DNA of 64,000 bases. It comes from the human T2T-CHM13v2.0 reference genome, Homo sapiens. A program made the translations under genes and the position numbers. Position 1 is the stretch's first letter. Each line of letters opens with the position of its first letter. Below, one piece after another: positions 1 through 21,706 of this stretch. The DNA lies in NCBI RefSeq assembly GCF_009914755.1, contig NC_060938.1, one strand, 5' to 3'. The notes under the pieces are model-generated. The model made no database searches and was not told where the DNA came from. It saw nothing but the letters and a program-made list of their open reading frames with translations.

Positions 1-40
1 TATAGGAAGATTGCTGAACTCTGTTATTTCCAAGATGTGC

Positions 41-790
<750 letters not shown>

Positions 791-1259
791 TCTAAGACTT
801 CGCCCAGTCAAGATTTACCCCTATGGCTGGACGCAGTGGCTCACGCCTGTAATCCTAGCTGCTTGGGAGGCTGAGGCAGGAGGATCACTTGAGCCCAGGA
901 GTTCAAGATCAGCCTGGGCAACAAAGTGAAACCGTGTCTCTACAAAAAATTAGCTGAGCATAATGGTGTGCGCCTGTAGTCCCAGCTACTCAGGAGCCTA
1001 AGGTGGGAGGATCACCTGAGCCCAGGAGGTTGAGGCTGCAGTGAACCTCGATCATACCACTGCACTCCTGCCTGGGTGACAGAGTGAGACCTTGTAATAG
1101 ATTTAGCTACATGAAAGTAAAATCTTGTGATTGCAAATAGTTAATAGTGTGTTTTAATAGCGTTTTCAATGCGTTTTAAGTGTTTTACTTAATAGTGTTT
1201 TAAATTTTTATTTATTTCAAAATAAATAAATGTGTTTTAAGTGTTTTACTTGTGTTTTA

Positions 1260-1454
<195 letters not shown>

Positions 1455-1767
1455 TTAGCCGGGCGTGGTGGCATGTGCCTTTAGCCCCAGCTACTTGGGA
1501 GGCTGAGGCAGAAGAATTGCTTGAACCCGGGAGGCAGAGGTTACAGTGAGCCAAGATCGCGCCACTGCACTCCACACTGGACGGCAGAGCAAGACTTCGT
1601 CTCAAAAAAAAAAAAAAAGAAAGAAAGAAAAAATTAACCAGGAGCGGTAGTCTCAGCTACTCAAGAGGATGAGACAGGAGGATCCCTTGAGCTCAGGAGT
1701 TTGAGATTATAGTGAGCTATGATCCTGCCACTGCACTCCAGCCTGGGTGACAGAGTGAGACCTGTCC

Positions 1768-1805
<38 letters not shown>

Positions 1806-2458
1806 TTTACCTCTGGGCCTGCGACTGGGGTTAGCCTCCCCAAACCAAAAGAAGAATGTCAGCCAGGCGTGGTGGCTCACACTTGTAATCCTAGCACTTT
1901 GGGAGGCCGAGGCGGGTGGATTGCCTGAGTTCAGGAGTTCAAGAACAGCCTGGGCAGCACAGTGAAACTCCATCTCTACTAAAATACAAAAAATTAGCTG
2001 GGCATGGCAGTGTGCACCTGTAGTCCCAGCTACTTGGGAGGCTGAAGCAGGATAATTGCACCCGGGAGGCGGAGGTTGCAGTGAGCTGAGATCATGCCAC
2101 TGCACTCCACCCTGGGTGACAAAGCCAGACTCCGTCTCCAAAAAAAAAAGAAAGAATGTGAGCACCTGGATAAAACTGGACAGAGCGAGACTCCGTCTCC
2201 AAAAAGAAAGAAGAATGTGAGCACCTGGATAAAACTGGAGTTGTGAGAAAGGAAAGGAGGGGAAAGGAATGTGGGGTAGAAAACCCCAATATCTCTTATA
2301 AATACCAAAGAAACATTTTTAAGGCCAAAAAGAGGTCGTGGTACAATAGCAATCAAAAAAGACATATTGGCCAGGCACAGTGGTTCACGCCTGTAATCCC
2401 AGCACTTTGGGAGACCAAGGTGGGCAGATCATGAGGTCAAGAGATGGAGACCATCCTA

Positions 2459-2685
<227 letters not shown>

Positions 2686-2805
2686 TTATTAGATGCGATA
2701 GGCCTGATAAAATGAATAATTCATAATCCACTAGTTGGAGAAAATCACTTTTCATGTTTTGGCAAATATCCTCTTAAATGTTTCCCGTGCCTATGCCTCA
2801 GATAG

Positions 2806-3063
<258 letters not shown>

Positions 3064-3186
3064 TGAGACGGGGTTTCACCGTGTTAGCCGGAATGGTCTC
3101 AATCTCCTGACCTCATGATCCGCCCGCCTCGGCCTCCCAAAGTGCTGGGATTACAGGCATGAACCACCGCGCCCGGCCCAGCATGA

Positions 3187-3531
<345 letters not shown>

Positions 3532-3555
3532 TGACTTTGAACTTTTGTTTGTTAA

Positions 3556-3780
<225 letters not shown>

Positions 3781-4349
3781 TAGTAGAGACTGGGTTTCAC
3801 AGTGTTAGCCAGGATGGTCTCGATCTCCTGACCTCATGATCCCGCCGTCTTGGCCTCTCAAAGTGCTGGGAATATAAACGTGAACCTCCGTGCCTGGCAA
3901 CTATTTCTGTTCTTAGCCTATATATTTTACTGTTACTTTGTGAAATCTCTTTATATATTAAACATAAAGGCCCTTTGTGCTGGGGATGGTGGCTCATGCC
4001 TGTAATCCCAGCACTTAGGAGGCTGAGGTGGGAGGATCGCTTGAACCCAGGAGTTCCAGACCAGCCTGGGCAACATAATGAGACACCATCTCTTAAAAAA
4101 AAAACAAAAAACAAAAAAACAAAAAATTAGCTGGGCGTGGTGGTGCACACCTGCAGTCCCAGCTACTCAGGAGGCTGAGGTGGGAGGATCACTTGAGCCC
4201 AGAAGGTCAAAGCTGCAGTGAGCTAAGAACCCACCACTGCACTCCAACCTGGGTGACAGGGCAAGACCTTGTCTTTTGTTTAAAAAAAAAAAAAAGAAAG
4301 AAACCCTTTGTTAGGTATGATAAAGTTATATTTTATTTTAATTAATTAG

Positions 4350-4655
<306 letters not shown>

Positions 4656-4670
4656 TAATTTTAGATCATG

Positions 4671-5877
<1,207 letters not shown>

Positions 5878-6029
5878 AAACCACAGATGTTTTTGACATA
5901 CACAAGTTTTTAAAGTTAATGTAGTTAGATCCATGAATCTCCTTTAGGATTTTTTTTTTTAATTTAAACTTTTTTTTTTCTGTAGAGACAAGGTCTCTCT
6001 ATGTCGCCCGGGCTGATCTCCTGGCTTAA

Positions 6030-6332
<303 letters not shown>

Positions 6333-6387
6333 TAACCTCATGATCTGCCCGCCTTGGCCTCCCAAAGTGCTAGGATTACAGGCATGA

Positions 6388-6817
<430 letters not shown>

Positions 6818-7528
6818 TGACTTCAATTAATGGACCAAATCAGATGAACAAAATAATTTTGTCAACCTTATCACTCCTGATCTCCCCCATAATTCAGGCA
6901 TTAAAAAATAAAAGCAAACCACATTTTATTTAAGTAAATCAATAAGCAAGGAAGCACTATATCTGGAAGGTCAAAAAAGTAAAAATCATGTCTCAGCAGA
7001 TTGAGGGTAGAAAAGCTAATGTTCCAGAGATGTAAATCACTCTTAGAGAAACAATCAACTTCCACTTCCCTGGGATTCAGACCTAGGAATCAGCGCCAAT
7101 GGTGAAACAGCTTATCTTGGTGCCTGGAGACCAAGGGGAGAAGTGACATGATCTCTACAGAAACCAAATCTCTGGGCACATGTAGATTTATTGATTAATG
7201 TCAGTACCTCTAATTATATTTGGAAGGATTCTATCTGGAAGCTAAAGACTGTTGAACTGTAACACACTTACTTTCGCCTATTTTTAATGGAAGTTCCTAA
7301 AGGGAGAGACACAGAGGACAGTTTAATTTTGCTCTGTGCCTAGAACAACAGCAACATTCTATTAAATCATTTCTAAATTACATTTCAATATGATGATTTT
7401 ATGACCTCATTCCTCTATCATACAGCTGCAGTGGAGGCACAAGAGATAAGACCTGGAGAAAATGTGGGAAAGAAAGAGCCTAAAACATGACACTTGTAAG
7501 TGGTCAGCAAAATTAATATAAGGGCTCA

Positions 7529-7702
<174 letters not shown>

Positions 7703-8139
7703 TCAGGCGGAGGTTGCAGTGAGCTGAGATCGGGCCACTGCACTCCAGCCTGGGCAACAGAGTGAGAACTCCATCTCAAGAAAAAAAGAGGAGGTGGGGC
7801 TCAAATTGAAGATTCCCAAAGCCCCTCAATTACCTTTCAGAAGAATTATACCCAGAAATAACTCTATTTTTTAAGTCACAAAAGCATCTAAAATATTTCA
7901 TTTCCCAAAATTCTATTTTTAGTCATATTGCTAAGAATACACCCACCGTGCAATACGAGACTTCGTTGTGTTTTTTTCAATCATAGGAAAAGAAGGTTTT
8001 AAAATTTTACAAAATTGTTGGACTCTGTGCAGCAAGTAATCCACTATTTCTCTTTAAGAATTTCGGCTGGGCACATAGTTGGGCGCAGTGGCTCACGCAT
8101 GTAATCCCAGCACTTTGGGAGGCTGAGGTGGGCAGATCA

Positions 8140-8563
<424 letters not shown>

Positions 8564-8821
8564 TTAATTAGCTGGGTTGTAGTGACATGCACCTGTACTT
8601 CTAGCTACATGGGAGACTGAGGTAGGAGGATCACTTGAGCCCAAGTTCGAGGCTTCAGTGAGCCATGATCATGCTACTGCTCTCCAGTCTGGGCAACAGA
8701 GTGAGACTGTGTTTCTAAAAAGAAAGAAGAAAGAATTCCTGCCTTCAGAATAAAAAATACACTTCCCCCAAATAAAACATCTACTGCTTCTCTAGAGTTG
8801 TTTCCTCCCCTTTTCCTTCTA

Positions 8822-8864
8822 TGTGTGTATGTGTGAAGTGTGTGTGTGTGTGTGTGTGTGTGTG
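8822..8864. repeat. (TG)n microsatellite
   Basis: Imperfect then pure TG run. Confidence 0.9.
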
Positions 8865-9069
8865 AAGCCTTTTCACTTCCACTTTTTCCTGTATTTTGGA
8901 ATCTAGATTTTTAAAAAATTATCTTTATGATCACTGTCAAAAATGGAATTTTTTGCCGGGCATGGTGGCTCACGCCTGTAATCCCAGCACTTTGGGAGGC
9001 CAAGGCAGGCAGATTAGGAGGTCAGGAGTTCGAGACATGCCTAACCAACATGGTGAAACCCCATCTCTA

Positions 9070-9264
<195 letters not shown>

Positions 9265-9604
9265 TCATATCATATTAACTTTTAGAGGTAGGTGGCTTGT
9301 TTGTTTGAGACAGGGTGTCACTCTTGTCACCCAGGCTGGAGTGCAGGGCATCGTCATGGTTCACTGCAATCTTGACCTTCAACCTCCCAGGCTCAAATGA
9401 TCCTCCTGCCTCAGCTTCCCAAGTAGCTGGGACCGCAGGAGTCTGCCAACACAACTAGCTAATTTATAACTTTTTATTTTTATTTGTTAAGAGATGAGTC
9501 TCTCCATGTTGCGTAGGCTGGTCTCGAACTCCTGGGCTCAAGGGATCATCCCGCCGTGACCTCCCAAAGTGTTGGGATTACAGGCGTGAGCATCTGATGC
9601 AGGC

Positions 9605-11791
<2,187 letters not shown>

Positions 11792-12124
11792 TGATCCACC
11801 CGCCTCAGTCTCCCAAAGTGCTGCGATTACAGGTGTGAGCCACCGTGCCTGGCCTAATTTTTAAATTTTTTGTAGAGATGGTTCTCCCTGTGTTGCTCAG
11901 GCTGGTCTCTATTTTCTGGGCTCAATAAATCCTCCCTCCTTGGCCTCCCAAAGGGTTGGGATTACAGGCGTGAGACACTGTGCCTGGCCTTTTAAAATTG
12001 TCTGTGGAGACAGGGTCTCACTATGTTGCTTAGGCTGGTATGAAAGAACTTTAATACCTATATTTTCATATGATTTCCTTCTTTTATAACCCTAGTTTAT
12101 GCACTTAATCATTTTTCTGGAATC

Positions 12125-12809
<685 letters not shown>

Positions 12810-13781
12810 TGAGAAGGGATTCAGGCATCTACAGCACAAAAGGATTCAGAATGCTTGCCATAGAGCTGCAGATGCTGTTGAGTGAGGGCAGAGAGAGCAC
12901 CAGGATCAAACGGACAGTCTTGCGGGCCAAAGCCTGGCAGCAGGAACATCACTTCTGCCCAGATAGGTCCTGTGGCCCATCCTGAGGCAGTGGGTGTGGG
13001 AACTGTAACCCCTGATCTGGGCAGCAATAACCCTGAACTCTGGAAGGGGCACATGCCTCAGCTAGCCACCTGCCACCTGCCACATGAGTTCAAGGAGATC
13101 CTTTCTATCGATCATGGCTTAAACAGATGACAAATTAAGCTGATTCAAGGACGTTCACTTACAAAGAAAAGAAGTTCAAAGTTGAAGGTAGGGATAATGC
13201 AGGAAATCAGGGTCAGCAGAAATCCCAAATAATTTAAATCTCCTTAAGGGCAGGAATAACTCCACCATAGCAGTAGTATAGTAAGAAGTCCTTAATGGAC
13301 CCCCAACACCCCCAACAATAGTTTTTTTTTTTTTTTTTTGAGACGGAGTCTTGCTCTGTCGCCCAGACTGGAGTGCAGTGGCACGATCTCGGCTCACTGC
13401 AAGCTCGCCTCCCAGGTTCACGCCATTCTCCCGACTCAGCCTCCCAAGGAGCTGGGACTACAGGTGCCCACCACCACACCCAGCTAATTTTTTCTATTTT
13501 TTAATAGAGACGGGGCTTCACCGTGTTAGCCAGGATGGCCTCGATCTCCTGACCTCGTGATCCGCCCGCCTCGGCCTCCCAAAATGCTGGGATTATAGGT
13601 GTGAGCCACCACGCCCAGCCTACCCCAACAATAGTTTTAATTGAATTGCAGTAAAATGGAATTGGCCAGTCACAGTGGCTCATGCCTATAATTCCAGCAC
13701 TTTGGGAGACTGAAGTGGGTAGATTGCTAGAGCCCAGGAGTTTGAGATCAGTCTGAGCAACATGGTGAGACCCTTCCTCTA

Positions 13782-14021
<240 letters not shown>

Positions 14022-14053
14022 TTAAAGAATGACTTTTTCAAGTGCAGACTTAA

Positions 14054-14405
<352 letters not shown>

Positions 14406-16322
14406 TTACTGAAACAGGACTTGTATTTGTAAATATTAAAACAATGAATCTAAATACTTCCTTAAATTTTGTTTGCTAGCTTCCCATCTCTGGACTGAAA
14501 GCCTAGAGATTTATTGCCCCATGACAAGAGAGAGCAGTCACCCGCCCTTTTTTGAAGGACATTTGGGTCTTCTAGTTAGAATATCAAGTGCCTAAATGGC
14601 CGGGCGCGGTGGCTCATGCCTGTAATCCCAGGACTTTGGGAGGCCGAGGTGGGCGGATCGCGAGGTCAGGAGATCAAGACCATCCTGGCTAACACGGTGA
14701 AACCCTGTTTCTACTTAAAAAAAAAAAAAAAAAAAAAATTAGCCGCGCGTTGTGGCGGGCGCCTGTAGTCCCACCTAGCTACTCCGGAGGCTGAGGCAGA
14801 AGAATGGCGTGAACCCGGGAGGCAGAGCTTGCAGTGAGCCAAGATTGCGCCACTGCACTCCAGCCTGGGCGACAGAGCAAGATTCCATCTCAAAAGAAAA
14901 AAAAAAGAATATCAAGCTTCTGACTATGTAAACAAGATATTCCTGCCTGCTCGTAAGACTTTTCCATAGTCTAGAGCGGAGGAGGAGACAAAGTTAGGTG
15001 GGGAGAAAAAGGAAAAGTGGGAGAGATAGGAGGAGGGAATGACAGACGCAAGGATCTTGATTTCTTTAGGTTTGGAGGGAATTGGGGCATCAGAGGCTTT
15101 GAAGCAACTGCTGATGGTAAGGGGAGGTTCTTGCCCTGTTTCCCATTTTAGGACGCAGAGATGACTTGACAGGAGGGCTGCCCCTTTTCTAATCTGGCAG
15201 TTCAGCCCAGTCAGGGCTGATCTTGAGGTAGGGGGAGATCTTGAGATTTAGCTTTCCCTGGGGTGTGACTGAGGCCCAGAAGTTTCCCAACCCTCAGCCC
15301 TTCCTCAAAATTAGAAGATAGCCGAGTTGGATGCCAGAAGGTCTTCCATATGTAAAGTTCCCAGCCAATATTAGTATTGAGTATTCAGCTATGTAGAGAT
15401 TTTCTGAGGACTGAGACAAAACTTTGAAAAGGTCTTTTCTCATCTCCATGCCTAGAGATCTTAGAATAGATCACAATTCCTGGCCCTCTTCCTGTCTCCT
15501 CCTCTCCCCAATTCCCACCAGCTCCCTTCACCAGCTTCATCTGGGATGATTTCAGTCTAGGGCTTCTCAGAAGCAGAGAGTTCAACCAAATGACCTCTTG
15601 AGGTTTCTTTCTACTTCTACTTTATGACTCAGAGAATGTATTGAATTACTTACTCTTTTATATTCTACAGCCACATTTTTCAGTCACTTCTCTGACCTTG
15701 CTATCTACACAATTTCCTTGTTTTGCAGTTTCTAAAAAGGAAAGTCAGATAGAACATGTGTATTCTCATTTTAAAAGCATACTGACAGCATGCGATAAAT
15801 TCTAAATTATTAAAAATATCTCGGCTGGGCAAGGTGGCTCACGCCTGTAATCCCAGCACTTTGGGAGGCCGAGGTAGGTGGACCACTTGAAGCCAGGAGT
15901 TCGAGACCAGCCTGGCCAACATGGTAAAACCCTGTCTCTACTAAAAATACAAAAATTAGCTGGGTGTGGTGGCACATGCCTGTAATCCCAGCTACCTGGG
16001 AGACTGAAGCAGGAGAATCACTTGAAATCTGGTAGGTAGAGGTTGCAGTGAGCCAAGATTGTGCCACTGCACTCCAGCCTGGGCAACAGAGTGAGACTCT
16101 ATCTCAAAAAAAAAACAAAAAAAACCTCTTTCCCCCTCTTGCATTTAATTGAATGGTATAAACGTGGTGTGGAAGGCTTTCAGAAATTCCAGTGAAAACC
16201 ACCATCACCTGCCACAGAACTCATTAAAAGGCTGAGACTGCAGTAGTTATAAAGGTCTGGTGCGAGACAGGAGTGTGGTGTTCTTGAGAAGCTGAAAGAT
16301 GGTCAGTCTGGCTGGTGGGATC

Positions 16323-16756
16323 TGTCAGGCCTCTGAGCCCAAGTTAAGCCATCATATCCCCAGTGACCTGCACTTATACATCCACATGGCCTGAAGCAAC
16401 TGAAGATCCACAAAAGAGGTGAAAATAGCCTTAACTGATGACATTCCACCATTGTGATTTGTTTCTGCCCCACCTTAAATGATCAATGTACTTTGTAATC
16501 TCCCCCACCCTTAAGAAGATTCTTTGTAATTCTCCCCACCCTTGAGAATGTACTTTGTGAGATTCACCCCCTGCCCGCAAAACATTGCTCCTAACTCCAC
16601 CACCTATCCCAAAACCTGTAAGAACTAATGATAATCCCACCACCCTTTGCTGACTCCCTTTTCAAACTCAGCCCGCCTGCACCCAGGAGAAATAAACAGC
16701 CTTGTTGCTCACACAAAGCCTGTTGGTGGACTCTCTTCACCGGGATGCGCGTGACA
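16323..16756 (+). mobile_element. HERV-H solo LTR (LTR7B-like)
   Basis: Starts tgtcaggcctctgagcccaag, ends gtgaca; contains ccacccttaagaag/ccacccttgagaat repeats and AATAAA; perfect TSD GGATC at 16318-16322 and 16757-16761; no primer-binding site follows. Confidence 0.95.
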
Positions 16757-16789
16757 GGATCCATGATCTGGAAGCCTCCATAAAGGGAT

Positions 16790-17566
16790 GTGGGGGTGAC
16801 TGGCCCCAACCTTCTTTCTTTTTTTTTCCTGGCCACGTAGAGAGACTATATTCCCTGGCTCCCATACAGATAGGAGTAGCTGTGTGACTAAGTTCAATGG
16901 AACATGATTGAAAATGATGTGTGCACATCCGTAACAACTTAGCATAACCTTAGTTGCTTAACACAACATAAATTTATTCTCTTACTTCTGGAGGCCGGAA
17001 GTCTGAAATGAGCTTCACAGGGCTCAAGTCAGAGTGTTGTTGGCAGGGCTGCTTCCTTCTGAAGCTCTAGTGGGGAATTCTTGCTTTTTCTGGCCTCTGG
17101 AGGCCTTCTGCATTCCTTGGCTTGTGACTCATTCCTTGCATCACTCCAGTGTTTTCAATCTTCATATCTCCTTACTTCTTTATCCTTGACTTTCTTGCCT
17201 CGCTCTTATAAGGTCATTATATTTAGGGCTCATCCAGATAATCCAGGATAATCTCCCCATTTTAAGTCCCTTAATTTAATCACAGCTACAAAGTATCTTT
17301 TGCAATAAAGATAACAATCACAGATTCCAGAGATTAAGATGTGGACATCTTTAGAGGCCATTATTCTGCTGACCACAGTGATCCTAGACACTCCATCTCT
17401 CCATATCTGCCAGCTGAATGCAGAGAATGAGGAAGCCAAAGAGATAGGGGAAGCCAAAGAGTAGAAGGAGCCTGTGTTGCTGAATGACCAGGTAGAGCAG
17501 AGCTCCCTTGCTGAGTACACTGGACTGTGAAATGAAGGAGAAAAAAAAATTATTGTGTTAAGCCAC
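16790..17566 (+). mobile_element. MLT1J-like LTR containing an opposite-strand MLT1C/D-like LTR (about 16930-17377)
   Basis: Outer element runs to tattgtgttaagccac; inner has ttctggaggccggaagtctgaaat...ggccattattctgctgaccaca, the reverse complement of an MLT1C/D. Confidence 0.65.
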
Positions 17567-17568
17567 TG

Positions 17569-18422
<854 letters not shown>

Positions 18423-18712
18423 CCCTTATGAGCCTAATACATCCCTTCATTCTATTAGGTCTATCCATCCTTACCCTACTCTTTGCAACAGGACTTTATG
18501 CAGTCACCCCCACTACTTGGACTGTGCCCCAAAACTTGTCATCCCTACTATATTCTGTCTAGTCATACTCCTATTCACCATTCTCAACTACTCATAAATG
18601 ACCTGCTCTTGTTTACACTGCCGGTTTACATTGTTTCTCCAAGACATCATAGCTGATATCTCCTGGTGCTATCCCCAAACTGCCACTCTTGACTCCCTCT
18701 TGGAGTGGATAG

Positions 18713-20651
18713 ATGATCTATGGTGGCAGGGCACCCCCCAGTACTTCCACCCTGATGAAGTTCTATTCTTTACTTTTGTACTCACTCTTATTCTCATTCC
18801 CATTCTTATGCCACTCTCTACCTCTCCCTAGTTACCTCCAGCATACTATCAATCTCACCCACTCTCTCCTCACTGTCTCCAATCCTTCTCTAGCAAAGAA
18901 TTGTTGGCTATGCATTTCCCTTTCTTCCTGCTTTTACACAGCCACCCCCACTCTATAGGCTGACTGGGCTACCTCTCCCGTCTCCCTGCACCTCAGAACC
19001 TCCGTTAATAGCCCTCATCTTTACTCACCTGAGGAACTCCTTTACTTTCTAGACAGGTTGGGTGAGAACTCCCCAGATATTTCACACCAACAAGCTGCCA
19101 CACTTCTCTGCATCTACTTACGGCACCTTTCTCCTTATGTCAATTCCACCCCCCTATATTTGGACCCCTAACCACACAAACAACTATCCCTGTTGCCGCT
19201 CCTCCCAACAACAGCCTACTGGAATCCCTTTAGGCAACCTTCCACTGTCCAAATGTTCCTTTACTCTTTATCTCCAGAGCCCAGCCACACACATTACCAA
19301 ACAGATGGGAGCATTCTGACTTTGCATTACTGATAAGCCCTCTATCATTACTGACAAACTAAAACACATTGGCAGTCACTATTGTTTAGGAAGACACCTA
19401 CCCTGCATCTCACTCCATCCTTGGCTACCCTTCCCCTGCTCATCTGAATCTCCTCCTAGCCCCTCCTCTTGCTTGCTTATACCCAGCTCCATGAATAGCA
19501 GTGAAAGGTTACTTGTAGACACTATGCGCTTTCTCATACACCATGAGAACCGAACCCCTCCCTCTACACAGTTGCACCATCAATCCCCATTACAATCTCT
19601 AACAGCTGCTGCCCTTGCTGGATCTCTAGGATTTTGGGTGCAGGATTACTCTTTCAGTACACCCTCTCATCTTTTCACTTTACATTTCCAGTTCTGCCTG
19701 ACAAAAGGTCTCTTCTTTTTATGTGGCTCTTCCACCTACATGTGCCTACCTGCCAACTGGACAGGCACATGTACTCTAGTCTTCCTTACCCCCAAAATCC
19801 AGTTTGCAGATGGGAATGAACAACTGCCTGTCCCCCTCATGATGTTAACAGGACAAAAAAGAGTCATCCCACTAATCCCTTTGCTTGTGGGTCTAGGACT
19901 CTCTGCCTCCACTATTGCACTTGGAACTGGAATAGCAGGCATCTCAACCACTGTCACAACATTCTGCAGTCTCTCTAATGACTTCTCTGCTAGCATTACA
20001 GATATATCACAAACTTTATCTGTTCTCCAAGCCCAGGTTGACTCTTTACCTGCAGTTGTCCTCCAGAACTGCCGAGGCCTTGATTTACTCACTGCTGAGA
20101 AAGGAGGACTTTGTATATATATATATATTTTCTAATTTTATTATTATACTTTAAGTTTTAGGGTACAAGTACACAACGTGCAGGTTTGTTACATATGTAT
20201 ACATGTGCCATGTTGGGGTGCTGCACCCATTAACTCATCATTTAGCATTAGGTATATCTCCTAATGCTATCCCTCTCCCCTCCCCCCAGGACTTTGTATA
20301 TTTTTAAATGAAGAGTGTTGTTTTTACCTAAAGCAATCTGGCCTGGTATATGACAACATAAAAAAACTCAAGGATAGAGCCCAAAAACTCGCCAACCAAG
20401 CAAACAATAACGTTGAACCCCCTTGGACACTCTCTAATTGGACGTCCTGGGTACTCCCAATTCTTAGTCCATTAATACCTGTTTTTCTCCTTTTACTCAG
20501 ACCTTGTGTCTTTCGTTTAGTTTCTCAATTCATACAAAACCGCATCCAAGCCATCACCAATAATTCTATACGACAAATGCTCCTTCTAACAACCCCACAA
20601 TATCACCCCTTACCCCAAAATCTTTCTTCAGTTGAATCTCTCCCACTGTAG
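18713..20651 (+). pseudogene. HERV-H env, full length but disabled
   Basis: Signal peptide MKFYSLLLYSLLFSFPFL, CWLC motif, QKR/VIPLIP cleavage and fusion peptide, ISD LQNCRGLDLLTAEKGGLC, CIFLNEECC, TM helix, TAG 20649-20651. Lesions: TAG 18956, frameshifts near 19152 and 19204, TGA 19317, L1 insertion. Confidence 0.95.
20119..20287 (-). mobile_element. 5'-truncated L1PA (roughly L1PA2-4) 3' tail inside env
   Basis: ttattatactttaagttttagggtaca...tttagcattaggtatatctcctaatgctatccct; TSD aggactttgtatat at 20105-20118 and 20288-20301. Confidence 0.93.
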
Positions 20652-20797
20652 GGTCCCACGCCACCCCTAATGCCCCTGGAAGCAGCCCTGAGAAACATCG
20701 CCCATTATCTCTCCATACCACCGCCAAAATTTTTCACCGCCCCAACACTTTACTACTACTTTGTTTTATTTTTCTTATTAATATAAGAAGACAGGAA

Positions 20798-21228
20798 TGT
20801 CAGCCCTCTGAGCCCAAGCTAAGCCATCATATCCCCAGTGACCTGCACTTATACATCCACATGGCCTGAAGCAACTGAAGATCCACAAAAGAAGTGAAAA
20901 TAGCCTTAACTGATGACATTCCACATTGTGATTTGTTTCTGCCCCACTCTAACTGATCAATGTACTTTGTAATCTCCCTCACCCTTAAGAAGGTTCTTTG
21001 TAATTCTCCTCACCCTTGAGAATGTACTTTGTGAGATCCACCCCTGCCCCCAAAACATTGCTCTTAACTCCACCGCCCATCCCAAAACCTATAAGAACCA
21101 ATGATAATCCCACCACCCTTTGCTGACTCTTTTTTTGGACTCAGCCCACCGGTACCCAGGTGAAATAAACAGCCTTGTTGCTCACACAAAGCCTGTTTGG
21201 TGGTCTCTTCACATGGACACGTGAGACA
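20798..21228 (+). mobile_element. HERV-H 3' LTR (LTR7B-like)
   Basis: Preceded by polypurine tract aagaagacaggaa; tgtcag...gaca termini; TATAA at 21090; AATAAA near 21164. Confidence 0.95.
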
Positions 21229-21706
21229 CCTATGTCTATATCCTTGCCCTAGTCTCATTGTGGGCAGAGCAGACTTCCTGGCCCTTGACTTTAGGCTTGA
21301 CCATGTGACTTGCTTTGGCTAACAGCGTGTGATTTGAAGTGACAGTGTGCCTAGACCTTAAGACATTACTTGTGCTTCCACTTGCATTCATTTGTCTCTG
21401 CCATTGCCACAAGCTCAGACTACATCAGCCAAATCCCAGCTGACCTACAAATCTATGAATGATTATTGTTGTTGTGGGTTTTTTTTTTTTTTAAGGGACG
21501 GGGTTTCACTCTGTTGTCCAGGCTGGCATGCAGTGGCATGATCATAGCCCATTGCTGCCTCGAACCTCCTGGGCTCAAGTGAGCCTCCTGCCTCAGCCTC
21601 CCAAAGCACTGGGATTATAGGCATGAACCACCACACTGGGCTGATTATTGCATTAAGCCAATAAATCTTAGGGTGATTTACCAGACAGCAATGATTGACT
21701 AATATA
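21229..21706 (+). mobile_element. MLT1H/I-like LTR remainder containing an Alu monomer
   Basis: ccttgactttaggcttgaccatgtgacttgctttggctaa...cagcaatgattgactaata. Confidence 0.6.

Noticed and set aside
1771-1803. 33-nt pure poly-A as a sign of a very recent insertion
   Set aside because: The attached Alu is diverged and partial, so secondary A-tract expansion is more likely.
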